A stretch of 34,816 bases of DNA from an uncultured Clostridia bacterium (GCA_944388615.1 CALXJL010000001.1:1-34816), one strand, 5' to 3'; shown: positions 8,984-19,179, numbered from the stretch's first letter. The notes: generated by a model from the sequence alone, not told the origin. Program-made: numbers and translations.

Positions 8984-10537
8984 TTATTGAATATAATAGT
9001 TTGCATTTAAATCTTCTGATAAATGCCATTTTCCTATAAAATTAATTACTACGTTTTCTTCCATATTTATTTTTGGTGTTACAACAACATTTCCATTTTG
9101 ATCTATACAACCCCAAACTCCATCTTTTTTAACTGCTGCATAACCATATTTATTTTGTTCTTTTGCATCATCATATATATAATTAACTACTACTACCCCA
9201 TCTTTATTTACATATCCATATTTTCCGTTTTCTTTTTTTAAAAATAGTGTATTTTCATATAATAATTTAGTATTTTCTCTTTCTTCAAATTTAAAATTAT
9301 AATATTTATATTCTCCATCAACATATGCTAATATATAATCTTTACTTGTATTTACTTCTGTTACAATTCCACTAAATTTATATTCAAAATTTCTATCATA
9401 AACTCTTTCTTCATCATTAATTTGTGCAACTATAAAATCTGCTTCTTTGTTATATGTTACTAAATCATTTTCTAAAGGTATAGGTGTTTCTCCATTAATT
9501 GATATAACTCCATATTTATCTCCTTGTTTTGCTATATAATGATCTGTAAATATATATGTTAGACTATCATATTCTGTTTTTATTAATTCATCTTTAAAAT
9601 TATTTGATACTCCATATTTATCATCTTTTTTTATTATTATATTATTTGCGTCTATTGAGATAATTTCATCTGCCCATCCTTGTAGAGCTATTTCTTCATC
9701 TTCTTTTATTAATTTCCACCCATCATTTTCTTTAACTACATAAGTATTATTTCCATAAACATTGTCTATATCTTGATATTTAACATCTACCACTATTTGT
9801 TTATTACAATCTATAACACCATATAATCCATCTGAATTTTTTACTATATAACCATCTGAATATTGATCTGTTAATGCTTTTATTTCTGCATATTCATTTG
9901 GGATAATTATATTTCCAGTATTATCACATAATCCAAATTTATCGTCTTTTTCTATTAATAGACTATTAGTTATTCCTTTTATAGCTTCTATAGAATCATA
10001 TTCACAATTTAAAAGTACTTTTCCATCTAAATCTATTAATCCGTATTTATCTCCATTTTTTACTTTTAAAACTCCTTTTTCATACCACATATTATAAGAT
10101 TCATCATAATTTTCAATTGCTTCTACAGACTCGTATTCTGTAAATTTAGCTTGCCCGTTAGCATCTATTGCTCTTGATATATATGTACCTGTTTCATAAT
10201 TTACATTATCTACACATAAAAATATATCTTTCGAACTATCTGGAATAACTATTAATTCTGAATAAGTTGGTTGTATTACATATTCTCCTTTTTCATTAAT
10301 AACTCCCCATGCATCATCTGCATATACTGTAAAATATCCTTTCGAAAATTCTTTTGTTATTTCTTTTCTTTCTGTATTTAATAATTTTGCAATAACTACA
10401 CAAAACATTACTATTACTATTAGAACTATTATTACTGCAAAAACCTTTTTTACATTTAATTTTTTTTCACTACTATATCTTTTTCCTTTACTCATATTTG
10501 CATTACATTCCTTGTTAATAAATTTAGGTTTTTCCAT
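8984..10537 (-). CDS. WG-repeat (KWG-type beta-propeller-like repeat) protein with N-terminal membrane anchor
   Basis: TM VFAVIIVLIVIVMFCVVIAKLL, followed by at least 8 copies of the (W/Y/F)G(V/L)(I/C)D/N..G..(V/I)(I/V)P..Y repeat. Examples: WGVINEKGEYVIQPTY, YGLIDLDGKVLLNCEY, FGLCDNTGNIIIPNEY, YGYVNKDGVVVVNYIY, WGCIDQNGNVVVTP. Confidence 0.8.
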   Translation of the reverse strand: MEKPKFINKECNANMSKGKRYSSEKKLNVKKVFAVIIVLIVIVMFCVVIAKLLNTERKEITKEFSKGYFTVYADDAWGVINEKGEYVIQPTYSELIVIPDSSKDIFLCVDNVNYETGTYISRAIDANGQAKFTEYESVEAIENYDESYNMWYEKGVLKVKNGDKYGLIDLDGKVLLNCEYDSIEAIKGITNSLLIEKDDKFGLCDNTGNIIIPNEYAEIKALTDQYSDGYIVKNSDGLYGVIDCNKQIVVDVKYQDIDNVYGNNTYVVKENDGWKLIKEDEEIALQGWADEIISIDANNIIIKKDDKYGVSNNFKDELIKTEYDSLTYIFTDHYIAKQGDKYGVISINGETPIPLENDLVTYNKEADFIVAQINDEERVYDRNFEYKFSGIVTEVNTSKDYILAYVDGEYKYYNFKFEERENTKLLYENTLFLKKENGKYGYVNKDGVVVVNYIYDDAKEQNKYGYAAVKKDGVWGCIDQNGNVVVTPKINMEENVVINFIGKWHLSEDLNANYYIQ

Positions 10538-10640
10538 TGGTACCTATAAACCATAATCATTTATTTCCGTATATTTTTTACTATTTTAATATATCATATT
10601 CAGATATGTTTTTACAAGATATTTTTATATAAAAATAATA

Positions 10641-10679
10641 GCAGAATTATTTGAAGTTAGAAACTATCTATAATTCTGC
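10641..10679 (-). terminator. Probable terminator downstream of spoIIE
   Basis: GCAGAATTAT (10641-10650) pairs with ATAATTCTGC (10670-10679). The loop can pair internally (AGTT/AACT). A T-rich tract follows on the minus strand. Confidence 0.45.
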
Positions 10680-10727
10680 CATTATTTTACAATAGGAAAT
10701 TTTTTCCAAAATCCTATTAATCCATAT

Positions 10728-13215
10728 TTATTTATTTTTCACCACTTTAGCAACAATTACTGTCATATCATCTTTAGGATATCCTACATCATTGTCTTGC
10801 GCTTCTCCAATAATTATATCTGCTATTTTTTGTACATCATCTATTTTTATATCTTCTAATAAGTATTTAAGCCATAATTCTTTATTTGAATATTCCTTAT
10901 CAGATTCTATTATTCCATCTGAGCACATAACAAATATATCACCTTCATTAATATCTATATCATATACGTCTAAGTCAATATCTTTAAGTATTCCTGCTGG
11001 TAATGATTGTGATTCTAATAATTGTACTGAATCTGCTTTTTTTAAATATGTTGGGCATGCACCATTTTTTATAAATTCTAAATTTCCTGAATACAAGTCA
11101 AATATAGATAAATCCATTGTAGCATACATATCTTCACTATTAGCTGACAATGTAGAATTTATAAGTTTTAGAGAAGTATTTTTATCAAAACCTGAAACTA
11201 ATAATCTTTCTAGCATTTTTATAGCTATTTTACTACTTTTTCTAGCTTCTGGTCCAGATCCCATTCCATCACTTATAGCAATTAAAAATTTCCCATCATC
11301 TAATCTTCTATATGTACTACTATCTCCAGATATAATTGAATCATGTTTTTTAGTTCTTGCTATTCCTATATTTAGTTTATATATATCTTTAGATGCAAAA
11401 ACAAATTCACAATGATCTTTATTAATTCTTATCCCGCATTCTTGTTTATATAGGTCTAATTTAATTTTCATATTTTTTTCTATAACTTTTTTAATTTGTG
11501 TACACATGCATTCATCGTTTTCCACATCTTCGCATATATTTGTGGATACTTTAATTGTTATTTTACCGTTTTTTTCCTCTTTTATATCTAATCTATTTAG
11601 TTCAATCTGTTTTTGTTTTAGTATTTCTATAATTTCTTCTTTTTGTTTTTCAAATTTATCGTTTTCTTTATTTTTAATTTCCTCTGCTATTCCAGATATA
11701 ACTTTTGAAACATTTTGTAATTGATTAGATATATTTTCATTATTTTCATCTAATTTCTTTTTCCATACAAAACTTAATTTACTTGTTTTATATGTTTCAT
11801 TTATAATATTTATATCTGTGTCTATTTCATTATTTACTGTATTATTCGCATCTTCTTCTATGCCCAATACATAATTATTATTTTGTTTTAATATCTCTAA
11901 TAAACTCTTTTTATCTATTTTTTCTTTTATAAGTAGATAATCATATATTTCATTTACAATATTCCCATTTTTATTTGTTAATTCGTCATATAGGAAATTA
12001 GTTTCTAATCCATCTAGATTATTAGATAACTCTTTTAAAAATATATTTCTATTTTCTTGTTCTTCAGAAATTATTTCGTCATCTGACACTACTGTTGCCG
12101 CTACATTTTTATATTCATCTGCTATTTGGCTTATAGTATCTGATACATTATTTAATTTTAATATTGTATCAGTATTTTCTTCTAATCTATTATTCATCAT
12201 CTTTGGCAAGCATTTATTTTCGCCATACATGTCCATTATATTTATTTTTACATTTTTTGGTATTGCAAGAAGTCCTAAAAATGCAATTAATATTTCTTGA
12301 ATTCTTATAATTTGAACTGTATTTCCATTAGCAACATATGTTAAAATTACATTTCCTAATATGAATCCAATTACAACACCAATTTTTCCTAATTTATTAA
12401 ATATTCCTGAAATCATTCCTGAAATTGCATATGATGCTACCATAACAGGTTCAGAATTTGTAATAATTCCAAGTACAGTTCCTATTGTAACTCCTCCTGT
12501 TGCTCCTACTAAAATTCCATTTTTCCAGCCTAATATTAATACAAGTAAAATGCTTAATATATTTTTTAATTCATATCCTAATATAGCAAAAGATCCAAAT
12601 TTAGTAAAACATATTGCGAGTAATAAACTCGCTCCTATAATTTCTTCTATAGAAAATGCCATTTTATTTCCAAATTCTCTGATTACAGTTAATGAATTTA
12701 CAAATATTTTATAAAATACATATGATACTATACTAACCATGATTCCTGCTAGTGCATCATAAACATAGAATTTAGTAAATAATATGTATATAGCTTGTAC
12801 TATTAGACATGAAAAAAATAGGTTTTTCCCTAATTTTACTTTTTCATTAACATCTTCTTGTATTTTTGGTTTAAAGATGTATATTGATACAAAAAATACA
12901 ATTGTTGTAAGTAGATATTTTAAAAGTGTTTCTGAGCCAAACCCTATGAATGTTGATATTAGTGTTAAAATATATACAATCCCTACGGGTATACCATTTC
13001 CAAGGGTTGCTGCTAATATTGCAATTCCGAAATGGAGCCATATATCCTTCCATTTGATTATTAAATCCTACCATTGATACTATAAAAGATATTACATATA
13101 ATATGATATTTTGTTTTGTAAAATTGCTTTTTAATACTGTTTTTATATTATTGTTTCTTACTTTTCCTAATTCGCTATTTTCTTCTTCAAAACCTTGAGA
13201 TACATTTTGAATCAT
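10728..13215 (-). pseudogene. spoIIE: Stage II sporulation protein E (multi-TM N-domain + PP2C phosphatase) with one +1 frameshift near the N-terminus (or a sequence error)
   Basis: C-terminal PP2C strings: ISGDSSTYRRLDDGKFLIAISDGMGSGPEARKSS and FVMCSDGIIES. The hydrophobic N-terminal region continues without stops upstream of the track ORF. Track ORF 12871..13224 supplies the true N-terminus (MIQNVSQG...ILYVISFIVSMVGF...YMAPF). The frame then shifts at ...TTT C GGA ATT GCA... (plus strand ATTCCG 13024-13029) into GIAILAATLGNGIPVG..., which is contiguous with 10728..12740. ATG at 13215 after AGGGGTGG. Confidence 0.85.
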
Positions 13216-13421
13216 TATTACCACCCCTACTTTTTTAATTTTTTTCTTTTGTTGTTTTATATTTTAATCTTTTGTGTTGTATTTTATTGTCATTTTTTAT
13301 ATGTAAAATTAAAAAAGTTTTTTACATGTTGTGATATTTTGTTTCTTTATTCTCTCTTGTTCTATTTTTTATTTATCTATTGTATATTAATTTAGTATAA
13401 ATTACAAGCTTTTTGTCGCAT

Positions 13422-13461
13422 AAAAATAGGATAAATACTTTTTTTGTATTTATCCTATTTT
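13422..13461. terminator. Rho-independent terminator after the giant surface-protein operon
   Basis: AAAAATAGGATAAATAC (13422-13438), TTTTTTT loop, GTATTTATCCTATTTT (13446-13461). It begins 12 nt past the stop at 13474, and A/T runs flank both sides. Confidence 0.75.
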
Positions 13462-13473
13462 ATTAAATTGGTT

Positions 13474-16400
13474 TTATTTTTTTAAGACTTTTTTCTTAAT
13501 TATGAATGCTCCTGCACCTATAATTACTAATACTGCTACTCCTATTGCTATATATGTTGGTAGTTTACCTGTTGGTGGTGTAATTGTTGCTGGATTTGAT
13601 TGTGAAGAATCCATTTCTGAAACTTGAGTTACATCTGGATCTTGATTTCCTGGTATTGAATATGCCATTCTTCTACCCACAGCGTTTTCTATTTCTAATA
13701 TTTCTGCAATATTATCATAATCTAATTGAACATCATCATTGTTTGCAGCTGTTAATGTTGATAAAAGAAGATATGTTGATTTCGTACTGTTACTAGTGTT
13801 AGGTAAATTTTTAATATTAGTATCATAACTCTCCTTACTTGGCTCTAAGCCTTGCTTTAATGTATCTGTTGTAACTATAGTGTCATGACTTTTTATATTA
13901 AATGCTACTGAGCCATTCTTAGTTAAGTAATTATCAGCAAACGTAACTTCATCATCTACGGTAGTCCATTTTGCATTCCAATCTTCAGTTCCACTATCCT
14001 CATCTGTTTTCCATGTTGCTGTTGTATCAAATTTAATATTGTTATCAACATAATCCACTATATTATTAGCACTAGTTTTTACTATTTCTCCTGAGCCTTT
14101 TTGACCTGTATAATAGAATTCTGTTCCAGTATAATCTACTTCTCCTATATTTGTAACTCTTAATTTATATGCAATAAATACTGTAGTACCTTGACCTAAT
14201 TCCTCCATATCTTGATTAATTTGTATAACACCATTATTTTCTATATTAAGTGACTCAATTTTTTGTAAGAATCCAACATTGAAAAATGTTTTATGATAGT
14301 TTTTAGTTAACCATAATACTCCACTTGTTTGTGTTGATTCTTTTGCATCATATAGAATTGTTCCATTTGAATTAGTAAGTCTCATTTGATTTACATCTTT
14401 GTCTAGTCTTAATTGTGCTTTTGGTCTTTCTACTACACCAAAATCAATATTTGCTAAAGTATAATTTCCATTTATAGTATTACTTGTATCTGTTCCATTA
14501 GTATTATTAGTCCCTACACTTGTTGTTCTATTATATTCATATTCTACATCAATAACTCCTGTATTTGCTTCCATTTTTGTTGCACTCATTAATGTTTCTA
14601 CCTTTGCAATATCTGATGTAGCTCCTGAATATGGTAAGTCTAAAATCTCAGCATTTTCATTTCTTAATTTAACAGAATAATTATTAACCGCTTCTCTTCT
14701 TAACCAAGAATCTTTAGCATCTGAATATCTATTAGCATCTTCATCCGCTACTTTTATATTATACCTAAATGTTCCTAATTCATTATCTTCTATTACATCT
14801 TTATCCTCTGCATTCGGATTATTCTCTGCATCATATGTATTTATTATATTAGTTTCTCCATACTTTGTTTGGTATAATGTAGATTTAAAATCTTGACCAT
14901 TATATGCTAAATCATTTGAGCCGCCATTTGCATTTGTTAATGCAGTATATTTTTTGTCTCCATAACAGAATTGTAATACATAATATCCTGGTATGTAGTC
15001 TCTAAATTCATATGATAAATCAGAATTTATATTTACATCAGCCTTTGTATAGTCTTGTCCATTAAATTTTATTGTCGTATTAAGCACTCTTTGCGCTGTA
15101 TCTGTTCCTGATGAAAAATCAATTCCTTTTTGTTGTATATTTTTAGTAAATTCTCCTGTTGTTTCATCTTTTTCAACTTCCATTAATTTTACTGTCACAC
15201 CATTTATTTTTTTATTTCCTTCTGACGCTTCATCATATATTCCGTCTCCTATCATAGCATCATCGGATTTTTCATTTCTTTCATCTTCCCATATAACACC
15301 ATTCATTACTCTTTCTGTAATCATATTAAGTACTAATCTTAAATCTGGTGCTTTAGCTGCATCATCTTCTAATGCAGATTGAATATTATAATTAGCAGAA
15401 TTTATACTTCCTGGTGTTGAATCTTTATCTATTATTCCAGATACTTCTTTTGAAGTAGTTGTTCTTCCTTGATCTTCTCCTGGAATATGAGTATCAACAG
15501 TATACCATGTTTTATATTCATATATTTCTGCTAAATTTTTCTTTGCTCCTCTTGTATCTGTAACTACAGTTCCACTTCCGTCTTTTGCCATAATTTCATC
15601 TAGTCTAATTGGACCTTCTGTATTGTTTGAATCTCCTTCATCTTGTTTTTTTACTCTAAATTTCAAATAAATGAATATATCTTCTCCTGAAGTAAGTGTT
15701 GTTTGTTCTTCCATTTGAGAAAAGTCTAGTAATACTGCATTAGTATTATATCCTCCTACTCCACTTAACTTATTATCATTACCACCTAAATCTTTAACAT
15801 TATTCTCTCTATCTGCTGCCCATGTTTCCCATCCAGGTATTGGTTCTTCTTGTAATTTTTGCTGATTAAACTCTGTCACTTTTTCAACTCCAAGAAAGTC
15901 ATAGTCTTCATCATAATAGTCAACTATTTTACTTGCCTGTGTATCCATATATAATGATGCATTATGTACATTTATTCTATATGTTACATAAACTTCCAAT
16001 GGCTGCTCTGTATAAGTATTATCTGCTAGATAATCTGAACTATATATGCCATTTTCATATCCATCATCTATTATATTTTTACCTTCGTCATCTTTTAATA
16101 ATACATCACTATAAAGTATATTAATATTATAGAAGTCAGCTGTTTGATCTTTTACGGTTTCCCATATGCCCTCATCTGTCATTTCACTTTCTTGTAACTC
16201 TGAATTTCCAGCTATTTCTCTATATAGTTCTAATTGCCTATTTTTTAATTCTTGTTGAAGCTGTCCATATGTATAAGTATGTGATATTCCATTTATTTTA
16301 GTTTCTATTTTTTCAATATCATTACTTAATGACATATCTATTTCCATTCTTTTATTCAAACCACAATTAATATGTAATTGTCCTTCATATATTGCTGGTC

Positions 16401-19161
16401 TATATGGGCTTGTTTTATCTTCATCATCTACTACAAATTTAGAATAAACAGGATAAACTCCATTTCCTGTAGCTTCTACGGCAGTTTTGTCTTTATTTAC
16501 ATCTGTAGTATATGTTGAAATTTTGCAATTTTCAATAAATAGCATTATTCTCCAAAACCATTCATCATCACTAATATCACCATATGTTTTTCCTAGCCAT
16601 TCTTTATATCCACTCCACCAGCCTTCTTCATTATATATTTCTTCATATAATTCTATAATTGTTCCATCTGATGGATATCTTCCATTTTCTTGAATATAAT
16701 TATAAATTTTATCTAAAGCACGTTTTTGTATATTATATTCTTCTGTTGTTACTGCTTCTGTTCCTACAAATTCGTTTCCTTCATATATTGACTGTATTTT
16801 TATTCCATATATTTCATTTTGTGAAAATGCTATATTTGTAGTAACATCAGCATTTGTGGTGATTTTTTCTTTAATTCGTTCTATCACTCCATAGTTATAT
16901 GCATTTTCATCATTCACTACTTCATAACATTCATTTGCAGCACTTATTGTCGCAAACTGATTATTGTAAGTTTCTCTTTCATTTGTATTTTCCTTTACCT
17001 TAGAGGTATTTCTCCATGTTGCTCCATTTATTCCTTCATCTATATTTTTATAATAGCTATTATAATGCGTAGCACTTCTTTCTGCATCAGCATTATTTAT
17101 TGTTGTATTATAAGATGATGATTGATATTTTTGACCATTATAAACAAATTCTACATAATATTGTTTTCCTATGTCAAGTCCACTAAATTGATAATATCCA
17201 TCTTCATCTGTTACTGTTGGATTTGCTCTATAATCATTTGCTTTGTCTGTATTATTACTATCATTGTTATTATAACTCAATAATCTAACTATTCTTCCCG
17301 TTTCAGCATTTCTTAATATTACTGTTACTTGCTCTCCTGTTCCCAATCCTAGATTATCACCTGTCTCACCATCATTATTATAATATCCATTTGCTATATT
17401 ATTTTTACCTGTTCCAATATCTTCAAATACATTTCCAGAAATTGTCATTGTATTGTCTTTTGATATATATGTTGGTGGTGTATCTGGCTTCTCTGGTTCT
17501 TCGGGTGGCGTTGGTGTTGGCGTTGGTGTTGGCGTTGGTGTTGGTGTTGGCGTTGGTGTTGGTGTTGGCGTTGGTGTTGGCGTTGGTGTTGGTGTTGGTG
17601 GTTCTATTTGTTCAGGACTATGAACAGTAACTGTTTTTTGTTCATATATTGGTGAGCCAGGATTTATTTGTACAAAGTCCTGACAATTTCCCTGTTCATC
17701 ACCCTCATGTGTTGATCCACCCTTGTCTGTATATAATGTATATGTAGGTTCACTATATCCTGATAAATATTCTATTGTAATATCTACAGTTATCCAGTGT
17801 AAATTCTTTTCTCCTGTGTCATCTTCTGCTAGATCTCCTTTATTTATTTGTATATAGAATTCAGAATTAGAAGCTATTTCAGTTAACATTTCATTTTGTG
17901 AACTATCAAGAATCTTTACTGATTCTATATCCTTCATTTTTTCTCCATTTTCTTTAGTCCATTGAGTCGCTGTTACTGAAACTACATTTGCGAAATCGCT
18001 ATTTTCTCCTCCATCTGCATATGATATTTTATATGGACCTAATATATATGTATCTCCATCTCTTTCTAATTTTACTTCATTATCATCATCCTTATTCTTG
18101 TCTACCATTGTCTTTCCATCTGAATCTAATTGATAGTCAGGATATATGGATTTGTCCTCACAACTATATCCATTTGCTTTAATGCTACTAGCAAAATTTG
18201 CATAGTCTGTTGAATATTGCACTAATGTTTCATCTGTTACATCAAAATTTTCTAGAATATATGCTTTTACATTATTATATGGTTCTTCTAATCGGTCTCT
18301 AAACTCTTTCGCTTTTGTTGATAATTGATCTAATAATTTATCAACTTCGACTAAAGCTTCTTTTGTTGCATTACTATCTAAATTTTTATCTTTAATCTTT
18401 TGTATTGTATCATCTAGAACATTCCATTCCTCAGCACCTATTATATATTGTTTTGTGTCTTCTTGATCTCCTTCAGCAGAATTACTTGCTATATCGTCAT
18501 AACTATACTTATCAGTTAATCCACTTAATTTATCATTATAGTTTGTGATATAATCATTACCATTTTCAATATTATTCTTCCATTGTTGAATAATATACAT
18601 CATTGTCTCTTTACTACTCACTTCACTTGTTCCAACTATATCTATTATATCTACTGCTGCTAAATACTGTCTAACAACTATATATGAATCCATATCAATA
18701 TTTATTTGGTTTTCTTTAATTTTTTGTTCTTCTTCACTGGTGCCCAATAAAACTGCTTTATTTGTTGAAAAAGAATTTCCTAAATTAGCATATTCATATG
18801 CAAAGAACTCTTTAAAATAATTTTTATTCGTTTTTATGTTTTTTTCATATCCATAATTTGCAGACCAACCATTTAAAGAACCTTCATTTGACCATATCAT
18901 ACTTTGCATAGTCCATGCATCTGCACCATGATTAAATGCATATGCAATATCATCTGGCAAAGGCATTTCTATCGCACTATATTCGGTACCATCTTTTCCC
19001 ATACCTACTCCTTGTTCCACACAATACTGATTCCCCACTCCATATGGTCTATGGCGTGAAAGAGGCGTAAACTCAACAGCGTATACATTACATGTGCCAA
19101 ATACTATCAACATAGTGAAGATTAACTGTACCAATAATATCCTACTTATTCTATTTCGCAT
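13474..19161 (-). CDS. Giant (1895 aa) secreted surface protein with (PT)15 linker, SdrD-B/Cna-B-like repeats and a C-terminal sorting-signal-like anchor (TPPTG + TM + KKK)
   Basis: Signal peptide MRNRISRILLVQLIFTMLIVFGTCNVYA|VE. PTPT... linker. SdrD-B-like modules: GNVFEDIG...DEDGYYQFSGLDIGKQYYVEFVYNGQKYQ, and NGVIWEDERN...YIPGYYVLQFCYG...YNGQDFKST. Tail ...ATITPPTGKLPTYIAIGVAVLVIIGAGAFIIKKKVLKK. SD AAAGGAG 7 nt before the ATG, 18 nt after the upstream stop. Confidence 0.85.
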   Translation of the reverse strand: MRNRISRILLVQLIFTMLIVFGTCNVYAVEFTPLSRHRPYGVGNQYCVEQGVGMGKDGTEYSAIEMPLPDDIAYAFNHGADAWTMQSMIWSNEGSLNGWSANYGYEKNIKTNKNYFKEFFAYEYANLGNSFSTNKAVLLGTSEEEQKIKENQINIDMDSYIVVRQYLAAVDIIDIVGTSEVSSKETMMYIIQQWKNNIENGNDYITNYNDKLSGLTDKYSYDDIASNSAEGDQEDTKQYIIGAEEWNVLDDTIQKIKDKNLDSNATKEALVEVDKLLDQLSTKAKEFRDRLEEPYNNVKAYILENFDVTDETLVQYSTDYANFASSIKANGYSCEDKSIYPDYQLDSDGKTMVDKNKDDDNEVKLERDGDTYILGPYKISYADGGENSDFANVVSVTATQWTKENGEKMKDIESVKILDSSQNEMLTEIASNSEFYIQINKGDLAEDDTGEKNLHWITVDITIEYLSGYSEPTYTLYTDKGGSTHEGDEQGNCQDFVQINPGSPIYEQKTVTVHSPEQIEPPTPTPTPTPTPTPTPTPTPTPTPTPTPTPTPPEEPEKPDTPPTYISKDNTMTISGNVFEDIGTGKNNIANGYYNNDGETGDNLGLGTGEQVTVILRNAETGRIVRLLSYNNNDSNNTDKANDYRANPTVTDEDGYYQFSGLDIGKQYYVEFVYNGQKYQSSSYNTTINNADAERSATHYNSYYKNIDEGINGATWRNTSKVKENTNERETYNNQFATISAANECYEVVNDENAYNYGVIERIKEKITTNADVTTNIAFSQNEIYGIKIQSIYEGNEFVGTEAVTTEEYNIQKRALDKIYNYIQENGRYPSDGTIIELYEEIYNEEGWWSGYKEWLGKTYGDISDDEWFWRIMLFIENCKISTYTTDVNKDKTAVEATGNGVYPVYSKFVVDDEDKTSPYRPAIYEGQLHINCGLNKRMEIDMSLSNDIEKIETKINGISHTYTYGQLQQELKNRQLELYREIAGNSELQESEMTDEGIWETVKDQTADFYNINILYSDVLLKDDEGKNIIDDGYENGIYSSDYLADNTYTEQPLEVYVTYRINVHNASLYMDTQASKIVDYYDEDYDFLGVEKVTEFNQQKLQEEPIPGWETWAADRENNVKDLGGNDNKLSGVGGYNTNAVLLDFSQMEEQTTLTSGEDIFIYLKFRVKKQDEGDSNNTEGPIRLDEIMAKDGSGTVVTDTRGAKKNLAEIYEYKTWYTVDTHIPGEDQGRTTTSKEVSGIIDKDSTPGSINSANYNIQSALEDDAAKAPDLRLVLNMITERVMNGVIWEDERNEKSDDAMIGDGIYDEASEGNKKINGVTVKLMEVEKDETTGEFTKNIQQKGIDFSSGTDTAQRVLNTTIKFNGQDYTKADVNINSDLSYEFRDYIPGYYVLQFCYGDKKYTALTNANGGSNDLAYNGQDFKSTLYQTKYGETNIINTYDAENNPNAEDKDVIEDNELGTFRYNIKVADEDANRYSDAKDSWLRREAVNNYSVKLRNENAEILDLPYSGATSDIAKVETLMSATKMEANTGVIDVEYEYNRTTSVGTNNTNGTDTSNTINGNYTLANIDFGVVERPKAQLRLDKDVNQMRLTNSNGTILYDAKESTQTSGVLWLTKNYHKTFFNVGFLQKIESLNIENNGVIQINQDMEELGQGTTVFIAYKLRVTNIGEVDYTGTEFYYTGQKGSGEIVKTSANNIVDYVDNNIKFDTTATWKTDEDSGTEDWNAKWTTVDDEVTFADNYLTKNGSVAFNIKSHDTIVTTDTLKQGLEPSKESYDTNIKNLPNTSNSTKSTYLLLSTLTAANNDDVQLDYDNIAEILEIENAVGRRMAYSIPGNQDPDVTQVSEMDSSQSNPATITPPTGKLPTYIAIGVAVLVIIGAGAFIIKKKVLKK
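17504..17601 (-). repeat. Hexanucleotide tandem repeat (GTTGGY)15 encoding a (Pro-Thr)15 linker
   Basis: On the plus strand, 17510-17599 is 15 consecutive gttggt/gttggc units. The minus-strand translation is EPPTPTPT...PTPPEEPEKPDTPP. Confidence 0.95.
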
Positions 19162-19179
19162 TTTTCTTCTCCTTTCTTT

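Noticed and set aside
10792-11415. Plus-strand ORFs of 60-207 aa lying antisense inside the large minus-strand genes (for example 1012..1422, 4839..5186, 10792..11415, 12361..12714, 21446..21760, 23189..23755, 28731..29237, 30119..30442).
   Set aside because: All are Phe/Leu/Ile/Ser-rich low-complexity translations of the antisense strand of genes with clear homology. They lack SD sequences and recognisable motifs. This is the expected artefact of AT-rich DNA with few stop codons in some antisense frames.
12871-13224. Track ORF 12871..13224 as a separate 117-aa gene upstream of spoIIE.
   Set aside because: Only its first ~65 residues look like protein (the SpoIIE N-terminus and first TM). 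The remainder is out-of-frame nonsense. The +1 frame continues seamlessly into spoIIE, so it is annotated as one frameshifted gene.
17504-17601. Regular short repeats as a possible CRISPR array.
   Set aside because: The unit is 6 nt with no spacers, lies in frame inside a long ORF and encodes (PT)15. No CRISPR-like repeat-spacer structure or cas genes occur anywhere in the window.
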